Assembly (NCBI GenBank): GCA_018060185.1
Contig: JAGOWQ010000005.1
Coordinates: 15,194-79,193, forward strand
Direction: 5' to 3'
DNA from: Leptotrichiaceae bacterium
GTDB lineage: Bacteria > Fusobacteriota > Fusobacteriia > Fusobacteriales > Leptotrichiaceae
Length of the DNA: 64,000 nt
In this document: one piece after another, positions 48,873 through 57,835 of the stretch
Position numbering within the stretch: the stretch's first letter is position 1
How the letters are laid out: each line of letters starts with the position of its first letter
The notes under the pieces: model-generated
What the model was told of the DNA's origin: nothing
The model's input: the letters and a program-made list of their open reading frames with translations, nothing else
Databases searched by the model: none
Made by a program: the position numbers and the translations under genes

Positions 48873-50261
48873 TTAAAACTCAAGATTTTTAGTGGTTCTA
48901 GGGAACGGTATTACATCTCTTATATTTGTCATTCCTGTAATATACATTAACATTCTATCAAATCCAAGTCCAAAACCTGAATGAGGTACACTACCGTATT
49001 TTCTTAAGTCTAAATACCACCAGTAGTCTTCTTGATTTAATCCCATTTGTTCTATTTTTTCAACTAATATTTCATAATTATCTTCTCTTTGACTACCACC
49101 AACTATTTCCCCTATTCCTGGAGCTAGTAAGTCGACTGCTCTAACTGTTTTATCATCACTGTTTAATTTCATATAAAATGCTTTTATATCTTTTGGATAA
49201 TCAGTTACAAACACAGGTTTTTTAAAATGTTTTTCAGCTAAATATCTTTCATGTTCTGTTTGTAAATCTATTCCCCACTCAACTTCATATTCAAAATCTT
49301 GATTTGCATTTTTAAGAATTTCTATTGCTTCAGTGTATGTAATTCTTGAAAAATTACTATTCATTAAAATATCCAATCTTGTGAATAATTCTTTATCTAC
49401 AAATTTATTGAAAAATTCCATTTCTTCTTTAGCATTTTCCATAACATAACTTACTATATATTTAATCATTTCTTCTATTACGTCCATATTTACATCTAAA
49501 TCAGCAAAAGCAATTTCTGGTTCCATCATCCAAAATTCTGCTGCATGTTTTGGTGTGTTTGATTTTTCAGCTCTAAACGTAGGACCAAATGTGTAAGTGT
49601 TTTTAAATGCTGTAGCAAATGTTTCTACATTTAATTGGCCACTTACTGTTAAGTTTGCTTCTTTCCCAAAAAAGTCTTGCTTAAAGTCAATGTCCCCTTC
49701 ACTATTTCTTGGAATATTATTTATATCTAATGTTGTAAGTTTAAACATTTCACCTGCACCTTCTGCATCACTTCCTGTTATTATTGGAGTTTGAACGTAC
49801 ACAAAATTTTTCTCTTGAAAAAATTTATGTATGGCATAAGATAACAACGATCTTACTCTAAACACTGCAAAAAATGCATTGGTTCTTGGTCTTAAATGCG
49901 CTATTGTTCTTAAAAATTCAAAAGTATGCCTTTTATTTTGTAGAGGATAATCAGAATCTGCTTTATCGTAAATTTCTATATTTGTTGCTAATATTTCATA
50001 TGATTGACCTTTACCTTGTGATTCTACAACTTTTCCAGTTACTTTTATAGAGGAAGAAATTGTTAATTTAGATATTTCTTCAAAATTATTTAAAGTTTCA
50101 TTAAATACTACTTGAATTCCTATGAAAAATGTTCCATCATTTAATTCTATAAATCCAAAGTTTTTTTGACTTCTAATTTTTTTTGCCCAACCATTTAAAG
50201 TTATTTCTTTTCCTAAATATTTTTCTGTATTTTTTTGAAGTTCTCTTAATTCTAATAACAT
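48873..50261 (-). CDS. asnS: asparagine--tRNA ligase
   Basis: 462 aa class IIb synthetase with an OB-fold N-terminus, motif 2 [21 protein letters not shown] and motif 3 [15 protein letters not shown]. Confidence 0.9.
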   Translation of the reverse strand: MLLELRELQKNTEKYLGKEITLNGWAKKIRSQKNFGFIELNDGTFFIGIQVVFNETLNNFEEISKLTISSSIKVTGKVVESQGKGQSYEILATNIEIYDKADSDYPLQNKRHTFEFLRTIAHLRPRTNAFFAVFRVRSLLSYAIHKFFQEKNFVYVQTPIITGSDAEGAGEMFKLTTLDINNIPRNSEGDIDFKQDFFGKEANLTVSGQLNVETFATAFKNTYTFGPTFRAEKSNTPKHAAEFWMMEPEIAFADLDVNMDVIEEMIKYIVSYVMENAKEEMEFFNKFVDKELFTRLDILMNSNFSRITYTEAIEILKNANQDFEYEVEWGIDLQTEHERYLAEKHFKKPVFVTDYPKDIKAFYMKLNSDDKTVRAVDLLAPGIGEIVGGSQREDNYEILVEKIEQMGLNQEDYWWYLDLRKYGSVPHSGFGLGFDRMLMYITGMTNIRDVIPFPRTTKNLEF

Positions 50262-50488
50262 AATATTAATATAGTAAAATATATATTTTATATTTCACCA
50301 TAATCTCCTTTCTATTTCTACTAATTATTTTTAATCTATAAACAATAAAACATTATATCATATTATCGGACGAAATTTAAGTCTAAATATTATACTTCAT
50401 ATGAATATTTTTTTCTTTTGCTTTGACATTATTTATTATAAGTTATTTCTTTAAAATTTCTTTTAATTTTTTTATAAATTATAATATA

Positions 50489-50520
50489 GAAAAAAGACAG
50501 TCAAAATTCATAACTGCCTT
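50489..50520 (-). terminator. rho-independent terminator after rpmA
   Basis: The minus-strand transcript reads AAGGCAGT, loop, ACTGTC, then UUUUUU. It starts about 17 nt after the rpmA stop. Confidence 0.65.
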
Positions 50521-50537
50521 TTAATTATATAAAGTTA

Positions 50538-50831
50538 TTATGCTTCTTTTCTTTCTGCATAAATACTTACTTTCTTTTTACCTTTTCCAAAGTCTTCAAA
50601 TTTAACATATCCGTCAGTTAATGCGAATAATGTGTAATCTCTTCCTAATCCCATATTTGAACCTGCATGGAATTTTGTTCCTCTTTGTCTAACGATTATA
50701 TTTCCAGCTTTTACTAATTCACCATCATATTTTTTTACACCTAAATATTTAGGATTAGAATCTCTTCCGTTTCTAGTTGAACCTTGTCCCTTTTTTGAGG
50801 CAAATAACTGTAAATTTAACTTTAATATCAT
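50538..50831 (-). CDS. rpmA: 50S ribosomal protein L27 with a cleavable N-terminal extension
   Basis: 97 aa. [11 protein letters not shown]|[14 protein letters not shown]: the LQLFA-SKKG junction is the Prp cleavage-site type. Confidence 0.92.
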   Translation of the reverse strand: MILKLNLQLFASKKGQGSTRNGRDSNPKYLGVKKYDGELVKAGNIIVRQRGTKFHAGSNMGLGRDYTLFALTDGYVKFEDFGKGKKKVSIYAERKEA

Positions 50832-50835
50832 TTTT

Positions 50836-51177
50836 CTATACCTCCTTGATAATTAATTTTACATATTCTTTATAATCACTTGCAACTTCTTTTAAATATG
50901 AATACATAGACTCAGTTAAAATATGAGTCTTTTCATATTCTTCTTCTGTTAATTCAGATGATTTTAAATCGCAAATAATAATTCCTTCATCCATTTTATA
51001 TTTTATCTTGCTAAGTTCCAATATTTCTATTAAACCATTGAGAGTCATTTGAGCTGCTGCTGATACACTGGCACAAATTATATCTTCACCATATTCATAG
51101 GCATTTGCATGACCACTTATTTTAAAATATATAATTTTTTTATTCTTATTTTCTCTTTGAATTTCTACTTTTATCAT
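50836..51177 (-). CDS. prp: ribosomal-processing cysteine protease Prp
   Basis: 113 aa with GHAN...[11 protein letters not shown] (His/Cys dyad pattern). Lies between rplU and rpmA. Confidence 0.85.
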   Translation of the reverse strand: MIKVEIQRENKNKKIIYFKISGHANAYEYGEDIICASVSAAAQMTLNGLIEILELSKIKYKMDEGIIICDLKSSELTEEEYEKTHILTESMYSYLKEVASDYKEYVKLIIKEV

Positions 51178-51198
51178 TAAAACTCAACTACTTCTAAA

Positions 51199-51507
51199 TT
51201 AAACATTAATTGCTTTAATTTCAATAGCAGTGTATTGTTGTCTGTGACCTTTTTTCCTATAATAAGTTTTCTTATTATATTTAAAGTTGATTTTCTTTTT
51301 ATCTTTACCATGTTCTTTCACTGTAGCAAGTACAGTTGCTGATTCTACTACTGGAGTTCCTACAGTTACTGCATTTCCTTCTCCAACTAATAAAACTTCT
51401 TTGATTTCTATATCTGAATTTAATTCAGCTGCTAATTTTTCAACTTTTATCACAGTTCCTACTTCAACTTTATATTGTTTTCCACCTGTTTTAATTACTG
51501 CAAACAT
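51199..51507 (-). CDS. rplU: 50S ribosomal protein L21
   Basis: 102 aa. MFAVIKTGGKQYKVEVG is the canonical L21 N-terminus. Confidence 0.92.
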   Translation of the reverse strand: MFAVIKTGGKQYKVEVGTVIKVEKLAAELNSDIEIKEVLLVGEGNAVTVGTPVVESATVLATVKEHGKDKKKINFKYNKKTYYRKKGHRQQYTAIEIKAINV

Positions 51508-51675
51508 TCTATGTCCACCTCCATAATATTAAAATCGCTAAATTTAGGTATTAGCTACCTTATTTATGCGTATACTTTAAAATAGTATCATATTTTTGTG
51601 ATTTTGTCAAATTTATATTTCATCATTAGAAAACTGAAATTCATTTAACTTTAAATTTAATCCTTCATTATGGTT

Positions 51676-52500
51676 TTATTTATTTAATGCATATTTATAA
51701 ATTGCTTTTGCAACTCCATTATTTATATTAGTATCTGTTTCATATTTTGCAGCTTTTCTTGCTAATTTAGTAGAATTTCCCATTGCTACACTTATCGAAG
51801 CGTACTCAAGCATTTCTACATCATTATTCCCATCCCCTATAGCCATAACTTCACTTTGATTTATTCCTAATCTTTCTGCTAATTTTTTCAATGCACTTCC
51901 TTTATGTGCTTCTAAAGGCATTGCTTCTAATATGTATGGCTGGCTACGAGGAAAATTATATTTTTTCCTTATGTCATTTGGCAAATTTTCCTCAAATTCA
52001 TCTAAATTTTCAATAGTTTCTAAAAACATCGATTTAAACATATTATATTTTCCACTTACTGCTTCTTCTATGGATATAGTTGTTATAGGAGTATATACTA
52101 AAGTAGAATCATAAGTCGTATACTTATTCGGTTTTTCTCCATTTTCTCCTACAAAAAAGAATTTATCTTCATTAAATAACGTAAAGTCTAATTTATATTT
52201 TCTTGATAATGAATACAGTTCTAAAATTTCTTCTTTTGATAATTTCCAATAATCTATTAATGAATAGTTTTTTGTTTCATGAGTGGAACAACCGTTATTT
52301 ACTATTATATACTTGTTAGCTTCGCCTAAAGCTAATTCGTTGTACAATGGTAAAGTTCCAAATAATGGTCTACCTGTACTTAATACAACACATATACCCT
52401 CACTTATGGCATTTTCTAATGCTTTTTTCTGTTCGTAATCTACATGTTTATCGTTATTTAAAAGTGTCCCATCCATGTCTATTGCAATTAATTTTACCAT
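51676..52500 (-). CDS. Cof-type HAD-IIB family hydrolase
   Basis: 274 aa with motif I IAIDMDGTLL, motif II STGR and motif III/IV GDGNNDVEM. Confidence 0.85.
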   Translation of the reverse strand: MVKLIAIDMDGTLLNNDKHVDYEQKKALENAISEGICVVLSTGRPLFGTLPLYNELALGEANKYIIVNNGCSTHETKNYSLIDYWKLSKEEILELYSLSRKYKLDFTLFNEDKFFFVGENGEKPNKYTTYDSTLVYTPITTISIEEAVSGKYNMFKSMFLETIENLDEFEENLPNDIRKKYNFPRSQPYILEAMPLEAHKGSALKKLAERLGINQSEVMAIGDGNNDVEMLEYASISVAMGNSTKLARKAAKYETDTNINNGVAKAIYKYALNK

Positions 52501-52527
52501 TTTTTCTCCTTCTTTAATTTAAGTAGT

Positions 52528-52563
52528 TTCTCATATTTTGATGAACATATTAAAATATGAGAA
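52528..52563 (-). terminator. 12-bp perfect hairpin between flavodoxin and the HAD gene (possible terminator or attenuator)
   Basis: TTCTCATATTTT, a 12-nt loop, then AAAATATGAGAA. There is no clear U-run after it on the minus-strand transcript. Confidence 0.4.
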
Positions 52564-52603
52564 TTTATTATATTATTAAATATAAATTTTGTATTTATCT
52601 GTA

Positions 52604-53116
52604 TTATTTTACTTCTTCTAACCATTTTTCTAATATCTCTTTAGAATTTTTAACTTCTGAACCTACTATTGATAATCCTTTTCTAACTTCTGAACTATCA
52701 CATATTTTTTTTATGTCGTTTACACTTCTACCTAATCCACTTCCTTCGTGTGTACAAATTGGTTTTATCACTTTTCCTGAAAAATCGTATTCTTCTAAAA
52801 ATGTAAATAAAACCATAGGCATTGTACCACAATAATTTGGATAAGCCAAATATATAGTATCATATTTTTCAGGCTCTTGAAGATATTCATCTAATTCAGG
52901 TCTTATATTATTTTGAAAATCATATTTTACTTCTTCTACACATTTATCATATTCATCAGAATATTCTACAACTTGTTTAATATGAAAAACATCTGCTCCT
53001 GTTATCTCTTTGAGTGTCTCTACTAACGTTTCTGTGTTTCCTTTTTCAACTGTTTTTATTTTACCTCCAAAATAATTTTCTCCTCTTCTAGAGTAATACG
53101 CTATTAATTCTGCCAT
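52604..53116 (-). CDS. flavodoxin family protein
   Basis: 170 aa counted from the ATG at 53116 (MAELIAYYSRRGENYF...), which is preceded by a GGAGGGA SD. The track start 53128 is GTG and lies in the SD. The pattern AYYSRRGEN...IYLAYPNYCGTMP...ICTHEGSGLG fits short flavodoxin-like FMN proteins. Confidence 0.75.
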   Translation of the reverse strand: MAELIAYYSRRGENYFGGKIKTVEKGNTETLVETLKEITGADVFHIKQVVEYSDEYDKCVEEVKYDFQNNIRPELDEYLQEPEKYDTIYLAYPNYCGTMPMVLFTFLEEYDFSGKVIKPICTHEGSGLGRSVNDIKKICDSSEVRKGLSIVGSEVKNSKEILEKWLEEVK

Positions 53117-53314
53117 AATTCCCTCCACTATATTAATTTTAATTTTATAATAAATTATAACATATTTTTTTAATTTATATATTTTTTTATATTAATATTT
53201 ATTATTTTAATTACAATATAGAACTATTAGAAAGCTTTATTTATAGATATTGTATACTAAAAAAAAAATTCTAAAAAAAATTGTGATTTTAATAAAAATA
53301 GTTTATAATTAAAA
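53069..53314. repeat. left copy of a ~245-bp direct repeat (flavodoxin codons 1-16 plus the whole divergent promoter region)
   Basis: Aligns by eye with 56345-56588 at a constant offset of 3276 nt. There are about 7 substitutions and one 2-nt indel. The 48 coding nt are identical. Confidence 0.85.
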
Positions 53315-54089
53315 AATTAAATTCACGATAATGAAAAATGTATTAATTATATATGTACAACTGTTTAGTTTGACTATCAATACTAGCTGTTCGTTAGGAA
53401 TAAGACACTTTTCTCGTTTTATAAACTACAATGATATTAAAGAATAAAATTATAACATTTTCATTTCAATATATGTTGAACTATAAGATACAAGATAAAA
53501 TTAAATAGAGGTGTTATAATATTCGTATTTCAAATATGTAAAATTTAAAAATACCAATTCATACACTATCAGTTCAACGTGAACAGATAATTTTACAGAT
53601 CCTACAAAAAAACTTATAATAAGAAAAATATAAATATTATAAAGATAGTTTATTAATTTTATGTGATTAAAAATCGTCTAAATAAAGAAAAAGTATGTTT
53701 CCTAAAAGTAACTCCAATAGTTAATTTTACTAATTAATATAATAAAAATAATCTAAAAAGCAATAATTTAAAAGGATATGTTTTAATAACTGGTACAGAA
53801 ATTTCAAAATATTAAGTAAAAAAATGAGATATATTTTTTACAATAACATTTGAAACTAAAAAGAGTTAATGTAATTATTTAAGATGTAAAAAATTAAGTT
53901 TTTATTATATTTGCGTTTAGGTCAATATCGAAAATAAATAAAAGAAAATTGAGCTAATACTCTAAGAATTAATATGATATTCTATTTTGGTGAAAATGAA
54001 GAAAAATAGTGTGTCTTTTGAATGAGGAAAACTCTGAAGATATTTCTAGTAAAGAGGATAAAAAATATAAAAATCAAAAATAATATTAT

Positions 54090-54134
54090 ATAAAAAACTG
54101 ACCATTAAGAAATATATAAAATCATATGATCAGT
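54090..54134. terminator. bidirectional terminator hairpin at the 3' end of the DUF262/DUF1524 gene
   Basis: ACTGACCAT (54097-54105) pairs with ATGATCAGT (54126-54134): 9 bp with one wobble or mismatch. An A-run lies on the left and ATTTTTAT on the right, so a U-tract follows the hairpin on either strand. Confidence 0.6.
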
Positions 54135-54141
54135 ATTTTTA

Positions 54142-56316
54142 TCAGTTCATCTCTAAAATAATAAAATCAGAATCTAAATCGTATTCTTTCATTATACTAG
54201 AAATTCTTTTAATTAGTGTCTCAGAACTTTCATTAGTATAATAAACATAATCATTAAAATTTGAATCTAATTCCGAAGCATATCTACCATTATGATCCTT
54301 AAAACATTTTAAATAATTTTCATGATTTTTTTTTGAATTACTCATCAAATCAGAATATTTTAAAATTAAAGGGGATTTTTTCCCAAAAATACGTTTTTGG
54401 TTATCAAATATATGCGTGATAGAATAATTATCTGAATTTTTAATCCAACTAATAAATTTTAAAAATACATCTTGCCATGTTCCTACAATGTATTCTTCTG
54501 AATCTATTAGCATCTTTTTTGGTTTATTTCCTGTTACAATATCCTTAAAATTTCCTTCTAAAGGAGAGAAAATATTGATTTGATTTGTATTTTGATTCCA
54601 ATTATTAATACTTTTTCTTTTCTCTGGTAATGGAAAAGTATCTAGGAAGCGTTCAATCATTTTTTTTTGATGTGCTAAAATAGAATCTTCATTCCAAATT
54701 TTTGTATTAATAACATCTAATCTATAATGTAATGAAGATGTAGCATATTTATCCTTTTTTTCTTTAAATGGTTTATTTCCTATTTCATTATTAAACTCAG
54801 TTAATATAATATTTCCAATATTATGTAAATATTTTTTATGAATACTGCTATAATTTTGACCTAGATCATTTTTCCATTGTTGAGTCAATTTTTGAGGCAT
54901 TATATGTTCAATTGTTATTTTTTTATCTCTAAAATCTACAGATACCTTTGCAACACTGGTTTCAATTTTTCCCAATATAAATTTAGAGTAACTCTTAAGT
55001 TCTTCGTAAAAATTCAAGTCCTTAAAATGATTATATAATTCAGTATCATTAGGCATCCTTAAATTATAATGTTGAGTACTTAGTAGTTCTAACATTGTTG
55101 TTCTATTATCCGCAATTTCATTAATTCTTTTAGACAGAGACGGAATATTTTTATTTTCTCCTTGTGATAATTTCAGTACTCTTCTCCTAATTAAATAAGT
55201 TCGAATAGTTTCCAATGTTTCAACTAATTGATTATCATTTATTATTTTTAAATGTTGGTGGTGCTCAAATAATCCAAGAACAAATGGTTTAAATGGCTCA
55301 GTTTTAATATCAGAAAATATATTTTTTAAAAGTTCACAAATTTTGTCGTTAACTAACGGGTCTGAAGAAATACTATCTGTTATATTATCTGAAATAATCC
55401 ATTTGTACCACGATACAAATCTAACAATATCATTAACAAAATCCATTTTATTTTTAAAGTTTTCTACAAAAGATTTGAAAATTTGATATAGTTCCTTTGT
55501 GTTGCTTTCACTAACTACTTTAAGATCTGTTCCAAGTTTATATTGCAAATAATCTCTAAAAAATTTTGAAGTATAATCTTCAAAATTTTCCTCAATTTTA
55601 GGATACCAAATTTTTTCGTAAACATCAGATTGTTCACTACTTAACATTTCTAGCAGTACATAATTTCTTACTAAATCTGATAAAGAAAGAGGCTTACCAA
55701 GAGAATTTAAAGTTTCAAATATAATTTGTGGATCTTCACCTTTAAAGGGACGTTCATCTAAAAATATTAGAGCAACATTAACTCTTGAAAGAGCAGTTAA
55801 ATAATTTTCAAAAGTAAATGAATGAGATTTAATTTTTTTTAAAAACAATTCATAGGCAGTTCCTATGATACTTGCAGTTAATACACCCTTTACTAATTTT
55901 TTATATGTCTCCCAATCTTTTGTTACTTGTTTTAATTTAATTTTATCTTCAAAAGAAGATGAATTATTCTTCAAATAGTATTCGTTAATATGAGATTTTT
56001 CTTTTTTGTCTTCTGTATAATCTCTTAATGCAATTAAAAAAATTAGAGTCGTGGTTAGACGTTGTTGACCATCAATTACTATGCTCCTAGTAGCAAATTT
56101 TTCTTTTTCCGTTTTAATTACAATCGTTCCAAAAAAATGTTCAAGTTTATCAGTTTGTTTAGAATCTAGTTCACTTTCAATTATTCTAACAATATCATCA
56201 AAATATCTATCAATTTCATTTTTTCCCCAAGCATATGCACGTTGAAATGGTGGAATAAAAAACGATGTATTATTCTGGGTTAATACGTCATTTATACTTT
56301 GATTATCTGTTTTCAT
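54142..56316 (-). CDS. DUF262 (ParB/Srx-like NTPase) plus DUF1524 (His-Me finger nuclease) protein, GmrSD/BrxU/SspE-like type IV restriction-type enzyme with an extra C-terminal domain
   Basis: 724 aa. N-terminus FFIPPFQRAYAWGKNEIDRYFDDI and IDGQQRLTT (DUF262 hallmarks). Around residues 470-520, ITIEHIMPQ...LHNIGNIILTEFNNEIGNKPFKEKK (DUF1524 H..N..N pattern). The last ~165 aa match nothing I recognise. A GGGGGGA SD precedes the ATG at 56314-56316. Confidence 0.8.
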   Translation of the reverse strand: MKTDNQSINDVLTQNNTSFFIPPFQRAYAWGKNEIDRYFDDIVRIIESELDSKQTDKLEHFFGTIVIKTEKEKFATRSIVIDGQQRLTTTLIFLIALRDYTEDKKEKSHINEYYLKNNSSSFEDKIKLKQVTKDWETYKKLVKGVLTASIIGTAYELFLKKIKSHSFTFENYLTALSRVNVALIFLDERPFKGEDPQIIFETLNSLGKPLSLSDLVRNYVLLEMLSSEQSDVYEKIWYPKIEENFEDYTSKFFRDYLQYKLGTDLKVVSESNTKELYQIFKSFVENFKNKMDFVNDIVRFVSWYKWIISDNITDSISSDPLVNDKICELLKNIFSDIKTEPFKPFVLGLFEHHQHLKIINDNQLVETLETIRTYLIRRRVLKLSQGENKNIPSLSKRINEIADNRTTMLELLSTQHYNLRMPNDTELYNHFKDLNFYEELKSYSKFILGKIETSVAKVSVDFRDKKITIEHIMPQKLTQQWKNDLGQNYSSIHKKYLHNIGNIILTEFNNEIGNKPFKEKKDKYATSSLHYRLDVINTKIWNEDSILAHQKKMIERFLDTFPLPEKRKSINNWNQNTNQINIFSPLEGNFKDIVTGNKPKKMLIDSEEYIVGTWQDVFLKFISWIKNSDNYSITHIFDNQKRIFGKKSPLILKYSDLMSNSKKNHENYLKCFKDHNGRYASELDSNFNDYVYYTNESSETLIKRISSIMKEYDLDSDFIILEMN

Positions 56317-56392
56317 TACAATATCCCCCCAATGTATCTTGATTAAAATAATTTTCTCCTCTTCTAGAGTAATACGCTATTAATTCTGCCAT
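56303..56392 (-). pseudogene. duplicated 5' fragment of the flavodoxin gene forming a 29-codon leader ORF
   Basis: ATG at 56390-56392 with the same SD as the flavodoxin gene. It reads MAELIAYYSRRGENYF (identical to flavodoxin residues 1-16), then NQDTLGGYCNENR*. By my reading the stop falls just inside the first codons of the DUF262 gene. Confidence 0.6.
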
Positions 56393-56588
56393 AATTCCCT
56401 CCATTATATTAATTTTAATTTTATAATAAATTATAACATATTTTTTTAATTTATATATTTTTTTATATTAATATTTATTATTTTAATTGAAATATAAAAC
56501 TATTATAAAGCTTTATTTATGGATATTGTATACTAAAAAAAAAATCAAAAAAAATTGTGATTTTAATAAAAATAGTTTATAATTAAAA
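56345..56588. repeat. right copy of the ~245-bp direct repeat
   Basis: See 53069-53314. It ends 5 nt after a TTGTGA-17-TATAAT promoter that faces the oxidoreductase gene. Confidence 0.85.
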
Positions 56589-56647
56589 TAGAATTTTTTT
56601 TATTAATCAAGGAGTTTTAAAATAAAAATAATAAAAGGAGAATAACC

Positions 56648-57664
56648 ATGTTAACTATTGCCTACATTGGAAACGGTAAAAGTACCAATCGTTATCATTT
56701 ACCATTTTCAATAAAAGTAAAAGATATTAAAATCAAGACAATATATTCGCCATCTCCAAACTCTTGGGAACATATTGAAGGAATTATTTATACAAACAAA
56801 ATAGAAGATGTTTTAAATGATGAAGAAATTCAGTTAATTGTACTTGCTATTCCAGCAAGTTATCACTACGAAGTAGCCAAACAATGTTTAGAGTCAGGTA
56901 AACATACTTTAGTTGAAAAACCTTTTACTGAAACATCTACTCAAGCACGTGAACTTTTTGATATCGCTAAGAAAAAAGGTCTTTTTATTCAAGCTTATCA
57001 AAATAGAAGATTTGATTCTGACTTCTTAACTGTTCAAAAAGTTATTAATAGTGGTGTTTTAGGTGATATTTTAGAAGTAGAGATGCACTTCGATTATTTT
57101 CGCCCTGAAATACCAAAATCTGTTAAAAAATATTCTATTAATTCTAGTTATCTTTATGGGCATGCTTGTCATACTGTTGATCAAGTTATCTCATTTTTTG
57201 GTAAACCAGACCATATTCACTACGATGTTCGACAATTACTCGGTAAAAATCGAATGAATGATTATTTTGATCTTGATTTTTACTATGGTATTACAAAAGT
57301 TTCTATAAAATCTAGTTATTTTAGAATAAAAGAGCGTCCTAGCTTTATTATATATGGTAAAAATGGTATGTTTGTCAAAGTAAGTAAAGATCGTCAAGAA
57401 GAAGATTTAAAAAAATTCTATATGCCTAATAATATCGACTTTGGTTTGGATAAACCAGAACACTACGGTACCCTTACTTACATTGATAGTCAAGGAGTTT
57501 ATCATGAAGAATCAGTTATTACTGAAATAGGTGATTACAGCCACATTTATCAAGGTGTTCATGATACTATCATTAACGGGGCTGATAAAATTATAAAAGA
57601 TGAAGAAACAATTCTTCAAATTGAAATACTAGAAGAAGGTATACGACGTATGAATAAGAATTAA
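56648..57664 (+). CDS. Gfo/Idh/MocA family NAD(P)-dependent oxidoreductase
   Basis: 338 aa with an N-terminal Rossmann motif IAYIGNGKSTNRYHLP and an EKP motif (LVEKPFT). An AAAGGAG SD is present. Confidence 0.8.
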   Translation: MLTIAYIGNGKSTNRYHLPFSIKVKDIKIKTIYSPSPNSWEHIEGIIYTNKIEDVLNDEEIQLIVLAIPASYHYEVAKQCLESGKHTLVEKPFTETSTQARELFDIAKKKGLFIQAYQNRRFDSDFLTVQKVINSGVLGDILEVEMHFDYFRPEIPKSVKKYSINSSYLYGHACHTVDQVISFFGKPDHIHYDVRQLLGKNRMNDYFDLDFYYGITKVSIKSSYFRIKERPSFIIYGKNGMFVKVSKDRQEEDLKKFYMPNNIDFGLDKPEHYGTLTYIDSQGVYHEESVITEIGDYSHIYQGVHDTIINGADKIIKDEETILQIEILEEGIRRMNKN

Positions 57665-57748
57665 ATATACCTTTTTAGTAGTAAAATATCTGTTCGACGT
57701 AATAAATTAAACCACGTATCTACATTAAATTTTTCTTATATTAAAAAA

Positions 57749-57789
57749 CCTTTGGGTAACATGCTGATTTAACATATGTTATCCAAAGG
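57749..57789. terminator. bidirectional rho-independent terminator between convergent genes
   Basis: 14-bp perfect stem CCTTTGGGTAACAT / ATGTTATCCAAAGG with a 13-nt loop. AAAAAA lies before it and TTTAT after it. Confidence 0.8.
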
Positions 57790-57835
57790 TTTATATGAAT
57801 TTTTTTCTCTAGTATAAACTACTATAATCAGTATT

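Larger units (their letters stand above)
53315..56344. other. ~3.0-kb inserted cassette (GmrSD-like gene plus a 0.8-kb ORF-free tail) between the direct repeats
   Basis: This is the unique sequence between the two repeat copies. It contains no recombinase or transposase and interrupts what would otherwise be a flavodoxin / oxidoreductase divergent gene pair. Confidence 0.7.

Noticed and set aside
50262-50537. Possible T-box leader upstream of asnS.
   Set aside because: I could not find the conserved T-box sequence, a specifier-loop context, or terminator/antiterminator alternatives. The region contains only the rpmA terminator and AT-rich promoter DNA.
57686-57705. Similarity between 'atctgttcgacgt' after the oxidoreductase gene and the rc of 'cagttcaacgtgaacagat' (~53570) in the cassette tail, as a possible second repeat pair.
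   Set aside because: Only ~8-12 nt match, with gaps. That is within chance expectation for AT-rich DNA.
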